A stretch of 64,000 nucleotides of DNA from Spirochaetia bacterium (lineage in GTDB: Bacteria; Spirochaetota; Spirochaetia; UBA9216), in assembly GCA_965140585.1 (NCBI GenBank), contig OZ223264.1:882204-946203 (forward strand), written 5' to 3'. Below the pieces are notes generated by a model. It searched no databases. It had not been told where the DNA came from and was given only the letters and a program-made list of their open reading frames with translations. Positions 48,866 through 57,735 of the stretch are shown one piece after another (the stretch's first letter is position 1; every line of letters starts with the position of its first letter). The translations under genes were made by a program, and so were the position numbers.

Positions 48866-49801
48866 ATGCAGCGCAGCCGTGATTTCCTGGTTGAAATAGC
48901 CAGGAAATATTACATAGATGAACTTTCCCAGCAGGAAATTGCCCGTGAATACAGTCTTTCACGGCCTACCGTTTCAAGTATATTAAAACAGTGCCGTGAC
49001 GAAGGCATAGTCGAAATAAAAATAAACGATGCGTCCCCGTTCTCTACCGAGCTCGGGGAGCGTCTTAAAGCCCGCTATAATCTTGCAACAGTTATTATTG
49101 TTCCCTCCGCTCCGGATCAGACTGCGGTTCTGAATCTGGCGGGAGCTGAGGCCGCCTCTTACGCTGAATCTGTCATAAAGGACGGTACAAGGGTTGGAAT
49201 TGCCTGGGGAACAACACTATATCAGATGGTTCACCAGATGAAACAGCTCAATGTTGTTGATACAAGCGTTGTTCAGTTGATGGGCGGCTTCGGTTCGGAA
49301 AACCCGCAGTATGACGGTTCGGATCTTGCCCGCGAGATGTCCAAAAAGCTCAATGCCAGATACTTCCCGCTTCAATGCCCTGTGATTGTTCAGAAGCCGG
49401 AGCTTAAGCAGATGCTGCTAACTGAACCCGGAATTAAGGCATCACTTGATCATACTGAAAAACTCGACATAGCCTTTGTCGGCTTAAGTTCAAACGACAT
49501 CGATAAAAGTGCTCTTGTACGTGCAGGATTTATTTCCCGGGCCGAGGCCAGCGAGATGCTGGAGGCCGGAGCTGTCGGCCATATCTGCGGCTACAGTTAC
49601 AACAACAGGGGCGAACTTCTGGATATATCCTTCAATCAGCGTATTATAGGTATAGATTTTAACCGCTTCAGGAATATTCCCGAGCGTGTTGGAATTGCCT
49701 GTAGCGCGGGAAAAGCGGAAGCCGTTAAGGCCGCACTTGAGGCAGGGCTTCTTACAGTGCTTATTACCGATGAGGCAGCAGCTCTTAGAATCCTCGGATA
49801 A
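48866..49801 (+). CDS. SorC/DeoR(Bacillus-type) sugar-binding transcriptional regulator
   Basis: IARKYYIDELSQQEIA..SRPTVS, GIAWGTT, GAVGHICG and LITDE. Confidence 0.92.
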   Translation: MQRSRDFLVEIARKYYIDELSQQEIAREYSLSRPTVSSILKQCRDEGIVEIKINDASPFSTELGERLKARYNLATVIIVPSAPDQTAVLNLAGAEAASYAESVIKDGTRVGIAWGTTLYQMVHQMKQLNVVDTSVVQLMGGFGSENPQYDGSDLAREMSKKLNARYFPLQCPVIVQKPELKQMLLTEPGIKASLDHTEKLDIAFVGLSSNDIDKSALVRAGFISRAEASEMLEAGAVGHICGYSYNNRGELLDISFNQRIIGIDFNRFRNIPERVGIACSAGKAEAVKAALEAGLLTVLITDEAAALRILG

Positions 49802-49833
49802 TTATAAAGCATCTTTAGTTTGCCTTCCGCTTT

Positions 49834-50415
49834 TCAGGAATTTCTTATCCTGCTCAGGGATACATTGGATATTCCAAGATATGATGCGATATAGTAATGA
49901 TTTATCCTGTTTATAAGTTCAGGATAATCTTTGAGAAAATTTTCGTATCTTGTTCTGGCATCTTCTGAGAGAAGGGAGTGCTCCCGCTTCTCTTTTTCAA
50001 TAAAAAGTCTTGTATAGTATTCACCTGCTATTTTCTGCCAGAAACTGTTTTCATCAATCAGTTTTCTGAAATCTTCTATCGAAATACATAGTACAATACT
50101 GTCTTCAAGAGCCTGAATTGAGAACTTTGATGATTTTTCATCAATGAAAGAACTGTAAGTTGATAAGAGTTTTCCGGGCCCTCTGAATACTATGGTTTTT
50201 TCATCACCTGATTCAGTAAGATAAAAAGCCCTGAAAATCCCTTCGATTATTATTGATATATATTCAGGTTTCTCACCCTGTCTTTCCAGGTAGTCTTTGT
50301 TTTTTAGTCTTATACCCTGAAGGCAGGATTCAAATTTCTTCCATTCATCTTCGGGTATTTCAAACTCCTGAAGGGCTGTATATATAGCATCTTTCCATTC
50401 TTTCCTGATTTCCAT
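49834..50415 (-). CDS. Crp/Fnr family regulator (cNMP-binding domain + HTH)
   Basis: GIFRAFY..G.EKT, IQALEDS and RYE.F..YP..IASYLGISNVSLSRIR. Confidence 0.9.
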   Translation of the reverse strand: MEIRKEWKDAIYTALQEFEIPEDEWKKFESCLQGIRLKNKDYLERQGEKPEYISIIIEGIFRAFYLTESGDEKTIVFRGPGKLLSTYSSFIDEKSSKFSIQALEDSIVLCISIEDFRKLIDENSFWQKIAGEYYTRLFIEKEKREHSLLSEDARTRYENFLKDYPELINRINHYYIASYLGISNVSLSRIRNS

Positions 50416-50438
50416 AGAAAGAATTATACATCATATTT

Positions 50439-51575
50439 TTACTTTTTAATGCTGCATATAAATCTCAGCGGTTTTATATGCTTTAATATAAATTCAAAAA
50501 CAAGAAAAAGTGCTGCGTATGTACAGACTGTAGATAAGGCCCAGACCGATATATTTTCCAGGCCAGATTTTAATAGAGCCGTATTAAAAATTGAAACAAT
50601 GAGATAATGAAACATGTAAACCGAAAAAGATGAATTGGAAAGATATACAAGAGCCCTGCTGTTTTTATTGAACAGCCGCCTGCTTATTCCAATGATTCCC
50701 ATGGATAGCAGATATGCAGAGACACCCCAGGTGAAGGATTTAATCTGTTCAAAATAAGCCAGTTCTTCGGGATTAGGATAAAACCTCTTAAGCCAGATAA
50801 AAAGTATGCCTGCCGCAGTTCCGGTTATAAGAAATACCCGCGAATTACCCGAAAACTTTTCCAATACAGGTTCATTTCCGGCTATGATATATCCGAAACA
50901 GTAAAAAAACAGGTAAACAGCAACATTAGCCCAGTCGCCGAAAAATGACTGGTATCCTGGATAATGCGGTCTGAGCAGCAATTCAATGAATCCAGCAGCT
51001 GTCAATGGAAGGAATATAATTACTTTTTTCTGCAGAAAATTATTAATTCGGGCGAGGCGGGTTTTTCTGTTTAAAAATGTGAAGAGGGGTATTGTTGCAG
51101 CTGAAAAAATAAATAGATACACACAATACCACATATGGCCCCAGAATAGATATTTTTTCGGATAAAGGAAAAAATCAGGGTAGAACTCTAAAAATCCGCC
51201 CTGAAATCCGAAATGATTCAGAGCAAGAAGGTATCCAGCCGCCGGATTCACTACAATAAGCATAAATATTACAGGAAGCAGCAGTTTGTTCACCCTCTGC
51301 AGCAGAAATTGACGTATTGATCTGCGCTGAAGAGCATTGAAGGCAGCCATCCCGGAAACAAGGAACAGGGTTCGCATAAACCACAGGTTCAGGAAATCTG
51401 AACCTATGCTGAAAAAAAGTGAAGGATCTGTTGATGCAGTATAGATATAGCCTTTTCCAATATGTGAAAAAGTAACAGCGCAGTGATAGGGCACAAGAAG
51501 TAGTACAATTCCGGAACGAATCCAGTCAAGATAGTAATCCCGCTTTGGTTTAGTTAAAGTGTTTATCTTATTCAT
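50439..51575 (-). CDS. Acyltransferase family 3 (OpgC/MdoC-like) membrane protein
   Basis: R.YYLDWIR..YH, M..LFLVSG, R..KLLLP, HMWY and SFSVYMFH. Confidence 0.88.
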   Translation of the reverse strand: MNKINTLTKPKRDYYLDWIRSGIVLLLVPYHCAVTFSHIGKGYIYTASTDPSLFFSIGSDFLNLWFMRTLFLVSGMAAFNALQRRSIRQFLLQRVNKLLLPVIFMLIVVNPAAGYLLALNHFGFQGGFLEFYPDFFLYPKKYLFWGHMWYCVYLFIFSAATIPLFTFLNRKTRLARINNFLQKKVIIFLPLTAAGFIELLLRPHYPGYQSFFGDWANVAVYLFFYCFGYIIAGNEPVLEKFSGNSRVFLITGTAAGILFIWLKRFYPNPEELAYFEQIKSFTWGVSAYLLSMGIIGISRRLFNKNSRALVYLSNSSFSVYMFHYLIVSIFNTALLKSGLENISVWALSTVCTYAALFLVFEFILKHIKPLRFICSIKK

Positions 51576-51608
51576 TCCATGAAACTAACCCTGCTGCAGA
51601 AAATACTC

Positions 51609-51624
51609 ATTAACACATGTTAAT
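51609..51624. promoter_or_regulatory. TTAAC-N4-GTTAA palindrome, candidate Crp/Fnr-family operator
   Basis: ATTAACACATGTTAAT lies 34 bp upstream of the acyltransferase start. Confidence 0.55.
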
Positions 51625-51673
51625 TTCAGGAAAATAATTAATTATTTTGCATGAAGCTCTTTTAATATTCCTG

Positions 51674-53068
51674 TCAGTCCACTTGGGCCCTTTTCCAGTG
51701 TCCGCTCTTAAACCCTGTATGGAGGATCAGTGAATGGAAGATCTGATAGAGTCCGAATCCCCACCATGCGGAAACTGCCCCCATTCCAAGTATCCTTGTT
51801 ACCAGAAATGTGAAACCCAAAATGAATACAAGGTTTGTCGTAAACTCAGAGAAGAGTACAAATTTCCCCCAGCCGTTTCCGCAGAAAACCATTTCGAATG
51901 AAAAGCCGAGTATTTCAAAGAAGTAGAATGGGGCAAAGAACCGCAGTGCCGTCGTAGCTATTTCAAATGTTTCACCGGGAGCGGAGAATATCCCTGCAAT
52001 CCTTGCTGGAAAGAAAAAGACTAAAGAGAATATTAATATTCCGATTGCCGTTCCGATAGTGTAGCCGGCCTTCATTGCCTGCCCGGAGGCTTTATGGTTC
52101 TCTCCTCCAAGGGCATTTCCAATGAGGATAGCTGTCCCCTGAGCATATCCGCCTACAATTGTCTTATTGATTCTGAAGAATGAAAAGACTATATGTGTAG
52201 CTGCCAAGTATACAGTACCGATATTCTCGACCATCGCTTCATAGAAAAGCATTATCAGCATTGCCAGAATGTTCTGGATTGCCTGGGGCGAGGCAACACG
52301 GATAATGGTTTTGATTATTTCAAAGTCAATCTTTCTGGTATGAAAGAATCTGTATGTCTGCATGTGGCTTCTTCTAAGCGCTACTGACAGAACGTATATC
52401 AGTCCTACTATGTATGACAGCAGACTTCCAAGCGCTGCACCCCTGATTCCCATCTGCGGTAATCCGAGCTTGCCGTATATAAATATATAATTTAAAAGGA
52501 TGTTTACGCTGTTTGAGATAATGCTTGCAGTCATAGAGTACCGTGGTTTATGAACCGTACTGAAGAAACGCATGATTATCTGCGAGATGCTGAAAGGGAA
52601 GAATGACCACTTCAGAATCCCTATATATTCAAGGGCCAGGCTGATTATCTGCTCATCATGGAGTATCAGCCTGAAAAGAGGTCCGGCCAGAAAAGACAGC
52701 AGAAAGGCAATTACAGAGAAAAACAGTGAGGTAATTATGCCGTGATCAAGAACTGTTCCGAAGGTTTCAGGATTTGAACGCTCATCATTCCTTCCTGCAC
52801 GTCTGGAAACAATTGCCTGGATTCCTTGTCCAAGCGGCCATAGGAAGGTATTCAGCACCCAGATATACATTCCGGCTACTGCAAGCGCTCCGAGTTCAAG
52901 ACCGCCCTGTCTGAAGTGTCCCATCATGATGGAATCTGCAACCTGATGCGAGTAGTGTGTAAGCCTTCCTGCGAGGAGGGGCGTACCTAAAAGGAGGATC
53001 TTCTTCAGATTTTCTGAAAACTTTACCGAGGGTTCATTCTTTTTTATCATCCGGCTATAATATTCCAA
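51674..53068 (-). CDS. MATE family efflux transporter
   Basis: ADSIMMGH..LGALAVA, NILLNYIFIYGKLGLPQMGIRGAAL and about 12 TM. Start may be ATG 53050. Confidence 0.9.
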   Translation of the reverse strand: MEYYSRMIKKNEPSVKFSENLKKILLLGTPLLAGRLTHYSHQVADSIMMGHFRQGGLELGALAVAGMYIWVLNTFLWPLGQGIQAIVSRRAGRNDERSNPETFGTVLDHGIITSLFFSVIAFLLSFLAGPLFRLILHDEQIISLALEYIGILKWSFFPFSISQIIMRFFSTVHKPRYSMTASIISNSVNILLNYIFIYGKLGLPQMGIRGAALGSLLSYIVGLIYVLSVALRRSHMQTYRFFHTRKIDFEIIKTIIRVASPQAIQNILAMLIMLFYEAMVENIGTVYLAATHIVFSFFRINKTIVGGYAQGTAILIGNALGGENHKASGQAMKAGYTIGTAIGILIFSLVFFFPARIAGIFSAPGETFEIATTALRFFAPFYFFEILGFSFEMVFCGNGWGKFVLFSEFTTNLVFILGFTFLVTRILGMGAVSAWWGFGLYQIFHSLILHTGFKSGHWKRAQVD

Positions 53069-53131
53069 CTGAACTTACGGGTCAATGGTGTATATTAGAT
53101 ACAGTATTGATTTTACATTGGAGAGTTAAAA

Positions 53132-53920
53132 TTGAAAAAAGTAACAGTATTAGTCCTTGCAATGCTTATCTCTGCAATCCAGGCCTTCGGTCAGGAAAGC
53201 CGTTTCAACCTTGATCTCGCTACCGATTTAAGTATAGGTGCAGCAGTCCTGGCTCTTAACGGAGTAAGCTACCTTGCTGATCCCGTAATTTCAGATCAGA
53301 CCGATATATCTGCAATCAACAGTTTTGATCGTTCACTGATGTTTGAGATCGACGGTACAATGGATGACATATCAACCTATGGAGCCTACGCGTCATTACT
53401 GGTGCCGGCCTCAATATTTCTCCATCTTGATTTTGAGATGGACAATCTTCTTACCTACGGTGTCATGTACAGTGAGGCCTTCCTTCTTGCAAATGGTACC
53501 AAGGAGATTTTGAAAACTTTCATATCAAGATATCGTCCCTACACATATTTCGGCGATATCTCACTCGATCCGGATGCTGATGATTACTACAACAGCTTTC
53601 CTTCCGGGCATACAACCTTTGCCTTCATGAGTTCCGCCTTTCTGACCACCACTCTGCTGCTTGAAAAAGCTCCGTCTTCACTGAGTATTCCTATTATATC
53701 CGCCTCATACCTGCTCTCAGGAACAGTTGCAATCCTTCGAATCACCTCCGGAGCGCATTTCCCCACCGATGTTCTGGTCGGCGCAGGAATCGGCTCACTT
53801 GCCGGATGGCTTGTTCCCTTTCTGCACTATAACGGAGAACTTGAGACAGATGAGGGCAGCGGGCGCCTTGCTTATAACCCGTCTCAGGGGCTAACCGTCG
53901 GCTGGAAAATTAATTTTTAA
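53132..53920 (+). CDS. PAP2 family phosphatase with signal peptide
   Basis: K....R.RP, SFPSGH and R...G.HFPTDV motifs. Confidence 0.9.
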   Translation: MKKVTVLVLAMLISAIQAFGQESRFNLDLATDLSIGAAVLALNGVSYLADPVISDQTDISAINSFDRSLMFEIDGTMDDISTYGAYASLLVPASIFLHLDFEMDNLLTYGVMYSEAFLLANGTKEILKTFISRYRPYTYFGDISLDPDADDYYNSFPSGHTTFAFMSSAFLTTTLLLEKAPSSLSIPIISASYLLSGTVAILRITSGAHFPTDVLVGAGIGSLAGWLVPFLHYNGELETDEGSGRLAYNPSQGLTVGWKINF

Positions 53921-54051
53921 AGCTGCACCCCATTCAGGTTAGACACAAAGAAACACATCCCGTTCACATTTGAACATTACCTTAACTTAAAAAGAGCTGA
54001 TTGTTAGAAATCTAATGCTCTTTTAAATATTAATTATACGGAAGGTAGTTC

Positions 54052-54201
54052 ATGAATAAGATAATGAAAATAAGCGGGGCACTTGCTCTTATGACAATGA
54101 GTCTGACCGGCGGTGATTTAAAGGTAAACGGTTCGGCTGTTACAGAAATCACTGTAAAGAGTTTCGGCTGCGGAGGGGATCACGGCGGCAGACGCTGGTA
54201 A
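54052..54201 (+). pseudogene. 49-codon remnant: lipoprotein-type signal fused to a DUF4353-like carbohydrate-binding protein C-terminus
   Basis: MNKIMKISGALALMTMSLTG|GDLKVNGSAVTEITVKSFGCGGDHGGRRW, directly upstream of a VTC remnant. Family assignment is from recollection. Confidence 0.45.
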
Positions 54202-54226
54202 TTGATCCGGAGACAGGGGACGCAGA

Positions 54227-54436
54227 ATGAGTAGGATGGATTCCTTTGAACGGAACGAAAAAAAATATCTTATTGATGCAGAACAGAAAGGAAGTTTTCT
54301 AAATCAGATACAGGAAAATATTAAGCCTGACAGGTTTCACAGATTCATAATATGAAATATTTATATGGATACTCCTGATGAAGCTGGTTCCTTCGTCCTG
54401 GAAAAAGACAGCTTTGGAGAGCTTGGTTACGCTTAA
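54227..54436 (+). pseudogene. VTC (polyphosphate polymerase-like) domain gene remnant
   Basis: FERNEKKYLI (ExK motif), in-frame TGA ending at 54355, then NIYMDT, then a jump to a C-terminal tail. Confidence 0.62.
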
Positions 54437-54598
54437 AGGCTGAAAGCCCGGGGCAGTCAGGTTGAACGGGGATAATTTTCTTATGGAAATAAAATCGGGG
54501 CGGGGGTGACTGTTGCTGTTTCTTCAAATGATGAACTTTGATATCAGAAAAATGCTGCAAAGTTTGATTTCATATCGAATTAAACTATAATTATATTC

Positions 54599-55936
54599 AT
54601 GCTTCCTGAGTCGATGTACAAAGATTTTCTATCCTGCTGTGACAACGGCTTTATTCTCCTAGGCCGACAGGCTCAGATCCTGTCTGTAAATCATGCAGTA
54701 TACGAGCTTTCCGGTCTAAGTGAAAACGAAGTGATAGGCGCCGATCTGCATCTGCTTTTTGATGATAAAAGTTCTGATGAAATAAAAACATTTATTAAGG
54801 ATGCCTCCAAATGCAGAAGCACCAGGGTAATTAATGGTGAACTGAACCAGAAAGCGGGAACTCCCAGAGTGGTTGAGATCAGCATCCACTGTACTACAGA
54901 TAACAACCGTCATATTTACTGGCTTCTTGTTAAAAATAAATCTTTCCGTAAGGAAATGGAGGAGAGTCTCCGAAAAAGCGAGATTATGCTCAAGACGACG
55001 CTTGAAAGTCTGCCCTTTGACTTCTGGATCAACGACGTCAATAACCGGACATACATGCAGAATTCGATAAGCAAAGCTCTCTGGGGCGATGTCCACGGCA
55101 GGCTGCCCACTGAAGTTACCGATCATGAGGGAACTGTTGAACTGTGGTTGGAAACAACAACGGCTGCCCTTAATGGCGAGACATATGAAGGTGAAATAAA
55201 TTATTATATCCGCGGAAAAAAGCGGTTTTTCAGAAATATAGTTGCTCCGATTAAGGATGGTGAGCATATTCTCGGAATTCTCGGGATGAATATCGATATT
55301 ACCGATTTAAAGGAAGCGCTTGAAGCCAGGGACATGCTGCTGAAGGAAACGCATCACAGGGTAAAAAACAACCTGCAGATGATAATCGGCATTCTTAATC
55401 TTGAAGCCCTTCACTGTCTGGATCCGGAGCAGAAGACAGTCTTTACTGATCTGATCAACCGTATTGTCAGCATATCGATAATACATGAGAAGCTGTACAA
55501 GACCGAGAGCACCAATATCATCCATTCCGCAGAATATATTAAAGATCTGACAGATCATGTTATGCAGACTTTTAAACCTGAGGGCAATTCCTTTGAGAAT
55601 TTAAAAGCTGACTATAATCTGGCTGATATTGAGCTGGGCGTGGATCTTGGTATAAATCTGGGCCTGATTGTTAATGAACTTATTACAAACAGTATGAAAT
55701 ATGCATTCTCAGAGAACAGAGAAAACCGGATTAGAGTATCGCTTTATAGAAAAGATGAAAATATTGTTCTTGAGGTAGGGGATAACGGTCCGGGGATTCC
55801 GGATTCTTTTGATTTTCAGAAGGGTGACTCACTTGGACTGAAACTTATTCATAAACTGACAGGTCAGATTAACGGAACGAACGAACAGCTTCGTGATGAT
55901 GGATTTTTCATTACCAGGATAGTTTTTCCTGCATAG
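54599..55936 (+). CDS. Cytoplasmic PAS-PAS HisKA_2 histidine kinase
   Basis: Two PAS/PAC segments (..NIDITDLK), ETHHRVKNNLQ, NELITNSMKYAF, DNGPG and SLGL. Confidence 0.92.
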   Translation: MLPESMYKDFLSCCDNGFILLGRQAQILSVNHAVYELSGLSENEVIGADLHLLFDDKSSDEIKTFIKDASKCRSTRVINGELNQKAGTPRVVEISIHCTTDNNRHIYWLLVKNKSFRKEMEESLRKSEIMLKTTLESLPFDFWINDVNNRTYMQNSISKALWGDVHGRLPTEVTDHEGTVELWLETTTAALNGETYEGEINYYIRGKKRFFRNIVAPIKDGEHILGILGMNIDITDLKEALEARDMLLKETHHRVKNNLQMIIGILNLEALHCLDPEQKTVFTDLINRIVSISIIHEKLYKTESTNIIHSAEYIKDLTDHVMQTFKPEGNSFENLKADYNLADIELGVDLGINLGLIVNELITNSMKYAFSENRENRIRVSLYRKDENIVLEVGDNGPGIPDSFDFQKGDSLGLKLIHKLTGQINGTNEQLRDDGFFITRIVFPA

Positions 55937-55951
55937 TAAGCTCTTTTTTGC

Positions 55952-55987
55952 AAAAAAAAAGACCGACCGGAATGTTCCGGTCAGTCT
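55952..55987 (-). terminator. Intrinsic terminator of the etfB-etfA-acd operon
   Basis: AGACCGACCGGAA-tg-TTCCGGTCAGTCT stem next to an A9 run, which is a U-tract on the minus strand. Confidence 0.8.
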
Positions 55988-56014
55988 GGTAATTTAAAAT
56001 AAAACGAAAACTAC

Positions 56015-57727
56015 TTAATGGGCGATGATTTCCTTGTAGTTCTTCATCAGGCTGCATTCCTTGCATGAAACAAAGTTCATGTTCATTTCAACCCTGGTCA
56101 GCATCTTTTCAATAAAGGTTTCTGCAATAAGCATCTTCCTCTCTGAGAACTTTGCGTTTCTCATCATGAGGAAGCCGAGTGCTACATCAGTAGCCATCTC
56201 AACCATTCTTCGTGAGTGGTAGGTCACTATATCCTGGTCTTCAAGTTCCTTGATTGCAATAACTGCCTTTTCAAAATTAAGCTTTGCCTTCTTTACCTTC
56301 TTCAGGAGTTCAGGACAGTGTCCGTAGTCTTCTTCTTCCAGTTCATCAAGGTAGCCTGATGCGGTACCGGATGTTACGCCTCCGATTGCCGCAACAACCT
56401 GAAGCTGGCTGGTTCCTTCATAGATATTGGTAATTCTTGCGTCACGGTAATGTCTTTCAGCATTGAATTCCTTCATGAAGCCTGTACCGCCGTGAATCTG
56501 GATTCCGTCGTATGTCACCTTGTTTGCAGCTTCTGTATTGTGAAGTTTTGTCATCGGTGTAAACAGGTTTGCGAGTCTGGTGTATTTCTTAAGATCGCCC
56601 TTCTTGTCGGCAGCCTGTTCAGGATGCTTCTCGGTGAACTCTTCAAGACATTCCTTCATATCAACAAACTTGGATGTTTCATAAAGCAGGATTCTTGAAG
56701 CCTCGATGAGGATCTTCATCTCGGTAAGCATTTCAAAAACAGGCGGGAACTCGATAATCGGCTTGCCGAACTGAATTCTTTCCTGTGCATATTTATATGC
56801 TTCCCTGTATGCTGCTTCTGCAATACCTGTTGCCTGTGAAGAAACCATCAGACGGGCACTGTTCATCAGCCACATTGTGTACTTTGTAAGACCTCGTCTT
56901 CTCTGTCCGACAAGCTCTGCAGGAGCGTTGTTGAACTGAAGCTCACAGGTAGGTGAACCGTGGATACCGAGTTTGTTTTCAACTCGTCTGATAACCATGT
57001 GTTCATCACGTTCGTACAGGAAGAACGACAGTCCGCCCGCACCCTTTGAGCCCTCTTCGGAACGGGCAAGGACAAGACCTATTTTACCGTTACCGTTAGT
57101 GATAAATCTCTTAACACCGTTGAGGTACCACTTGCCGTCGTCACCAAGGTGGGCCTTGAGTGTAACTGCCTGAAGGTCTGAACCTGCATCGGGTTCGGTC
57201 AGGATCATCGAGGATCCTTCCTTTCCGCTTGCAAGAATCGGTATTATTCTCTGTTTCTGTTCTTCTGAACCGAATTTGTTGAGTGTTTCGCTGATATCCT
57301 GCTGAAGTCCGAAGTTCAGAAATGATCCGTCTGCACGGCTCATCATCTCTCCGGCAATGGACATTACCGTAACAGGGCAGTTGAGTCCCCCGTATTTCCG
57401 GGGATTTGCAAGTCCCATAAGATCGGCCTGTGCAAGCATATCAAGGGCCATCTGAGTTCCCTTAGCATATATGACTTCGCCGTCTACAAGTTTAACGCCT
57501 TCTTCATCTACTTCGGCGGCAACAGGAGCCATGTGCTCTCCTGCAATTTCGCCGATAAGGCCGAGAATTCTGCTGTAGGAATCCATAGCATCTTCAATGT
57601 CTGAAGGTGCATGGGCGAACTTGTCTTTTTCAGCGAAATCATCTTCCTTAAGCTTGATAATTTCATCAAGACCAAGGTGCTGCATGTGAAACTGTATATC
57701 TTCGTTGTCTATAAAAAAGTTTTCCAT
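56015..57727 (-). CDS. Acyl-CoA dehydrogenase (570 aa form with C-terminal extension)
   Basis: LTEPDAGSD, GVKRFITNG, KLGIHGSPT, QIHGG.G and IYEGTSQLQ. Confidence 0.93.
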   Translation of the reverse strand: MENFFIDNEDIQFHMQHLGLDEIIKLKEDDFAEKDKFAHAPSDIEDAMDSYSRILGLIGEIAGEHMAPVAAEVDEEGVKLVDGEVIYAKGTQMALDMLAQADLMGLANPRKYGGLNCPVTVMSIAGEMMSRADGSFLNFGLQQDISETLNKFGSEEQKQRIIPILASGKEGSSMILTEPDAGSDLQAVTLKAHLGDDGKWYLNGVKRFITNGNGKIGLVLARSEEGSKGAGGLSFFLYERDEHMVIRRVENKLGIHGSPTCELQFNNAPAELVGQRRRGLTKYTMWLMNSARLMVSSQATGIAEAAYREAYKYAQERIQFGKPIIEFPPVFEMLTEMKILIEASRILLYETSKFVDMKECLEEFTEKHPEQAADKKGDLKKYTRLANLFTPMTKLHNTEAANKVTYDGIQIHGGTGFMKEFNAERHYRDARITNIYEGTSQLQVVAAIGGVTSGTASGYLDELEEEDYGHCPELLKKVKKAKLNFEKAVIAIKELEDQDIVTYHSRRMVEMATDVALGFLMMRNAKFSERKMLIAETFIEKMLTRVEMNMNFVSCKECSLMKNYKEIIAH

Positions 57728-57735
57728 TGTGCCCC

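Noticed and set aside
49834-50415. Crp/Fnr gene as the cAMP effector of the CHASE2 cyclase
   Set aside because: It lies 6 kb from the cluster, separated by an unrelated operon, and appears tied to the acyltransferase.
54353-54355. In-frame TGA in the VTC remnant as selenocysteine
   Set aside because: It lies in a heavily deleted relic with no evident SECIS hairpin; a nonsense mutation is simpler.
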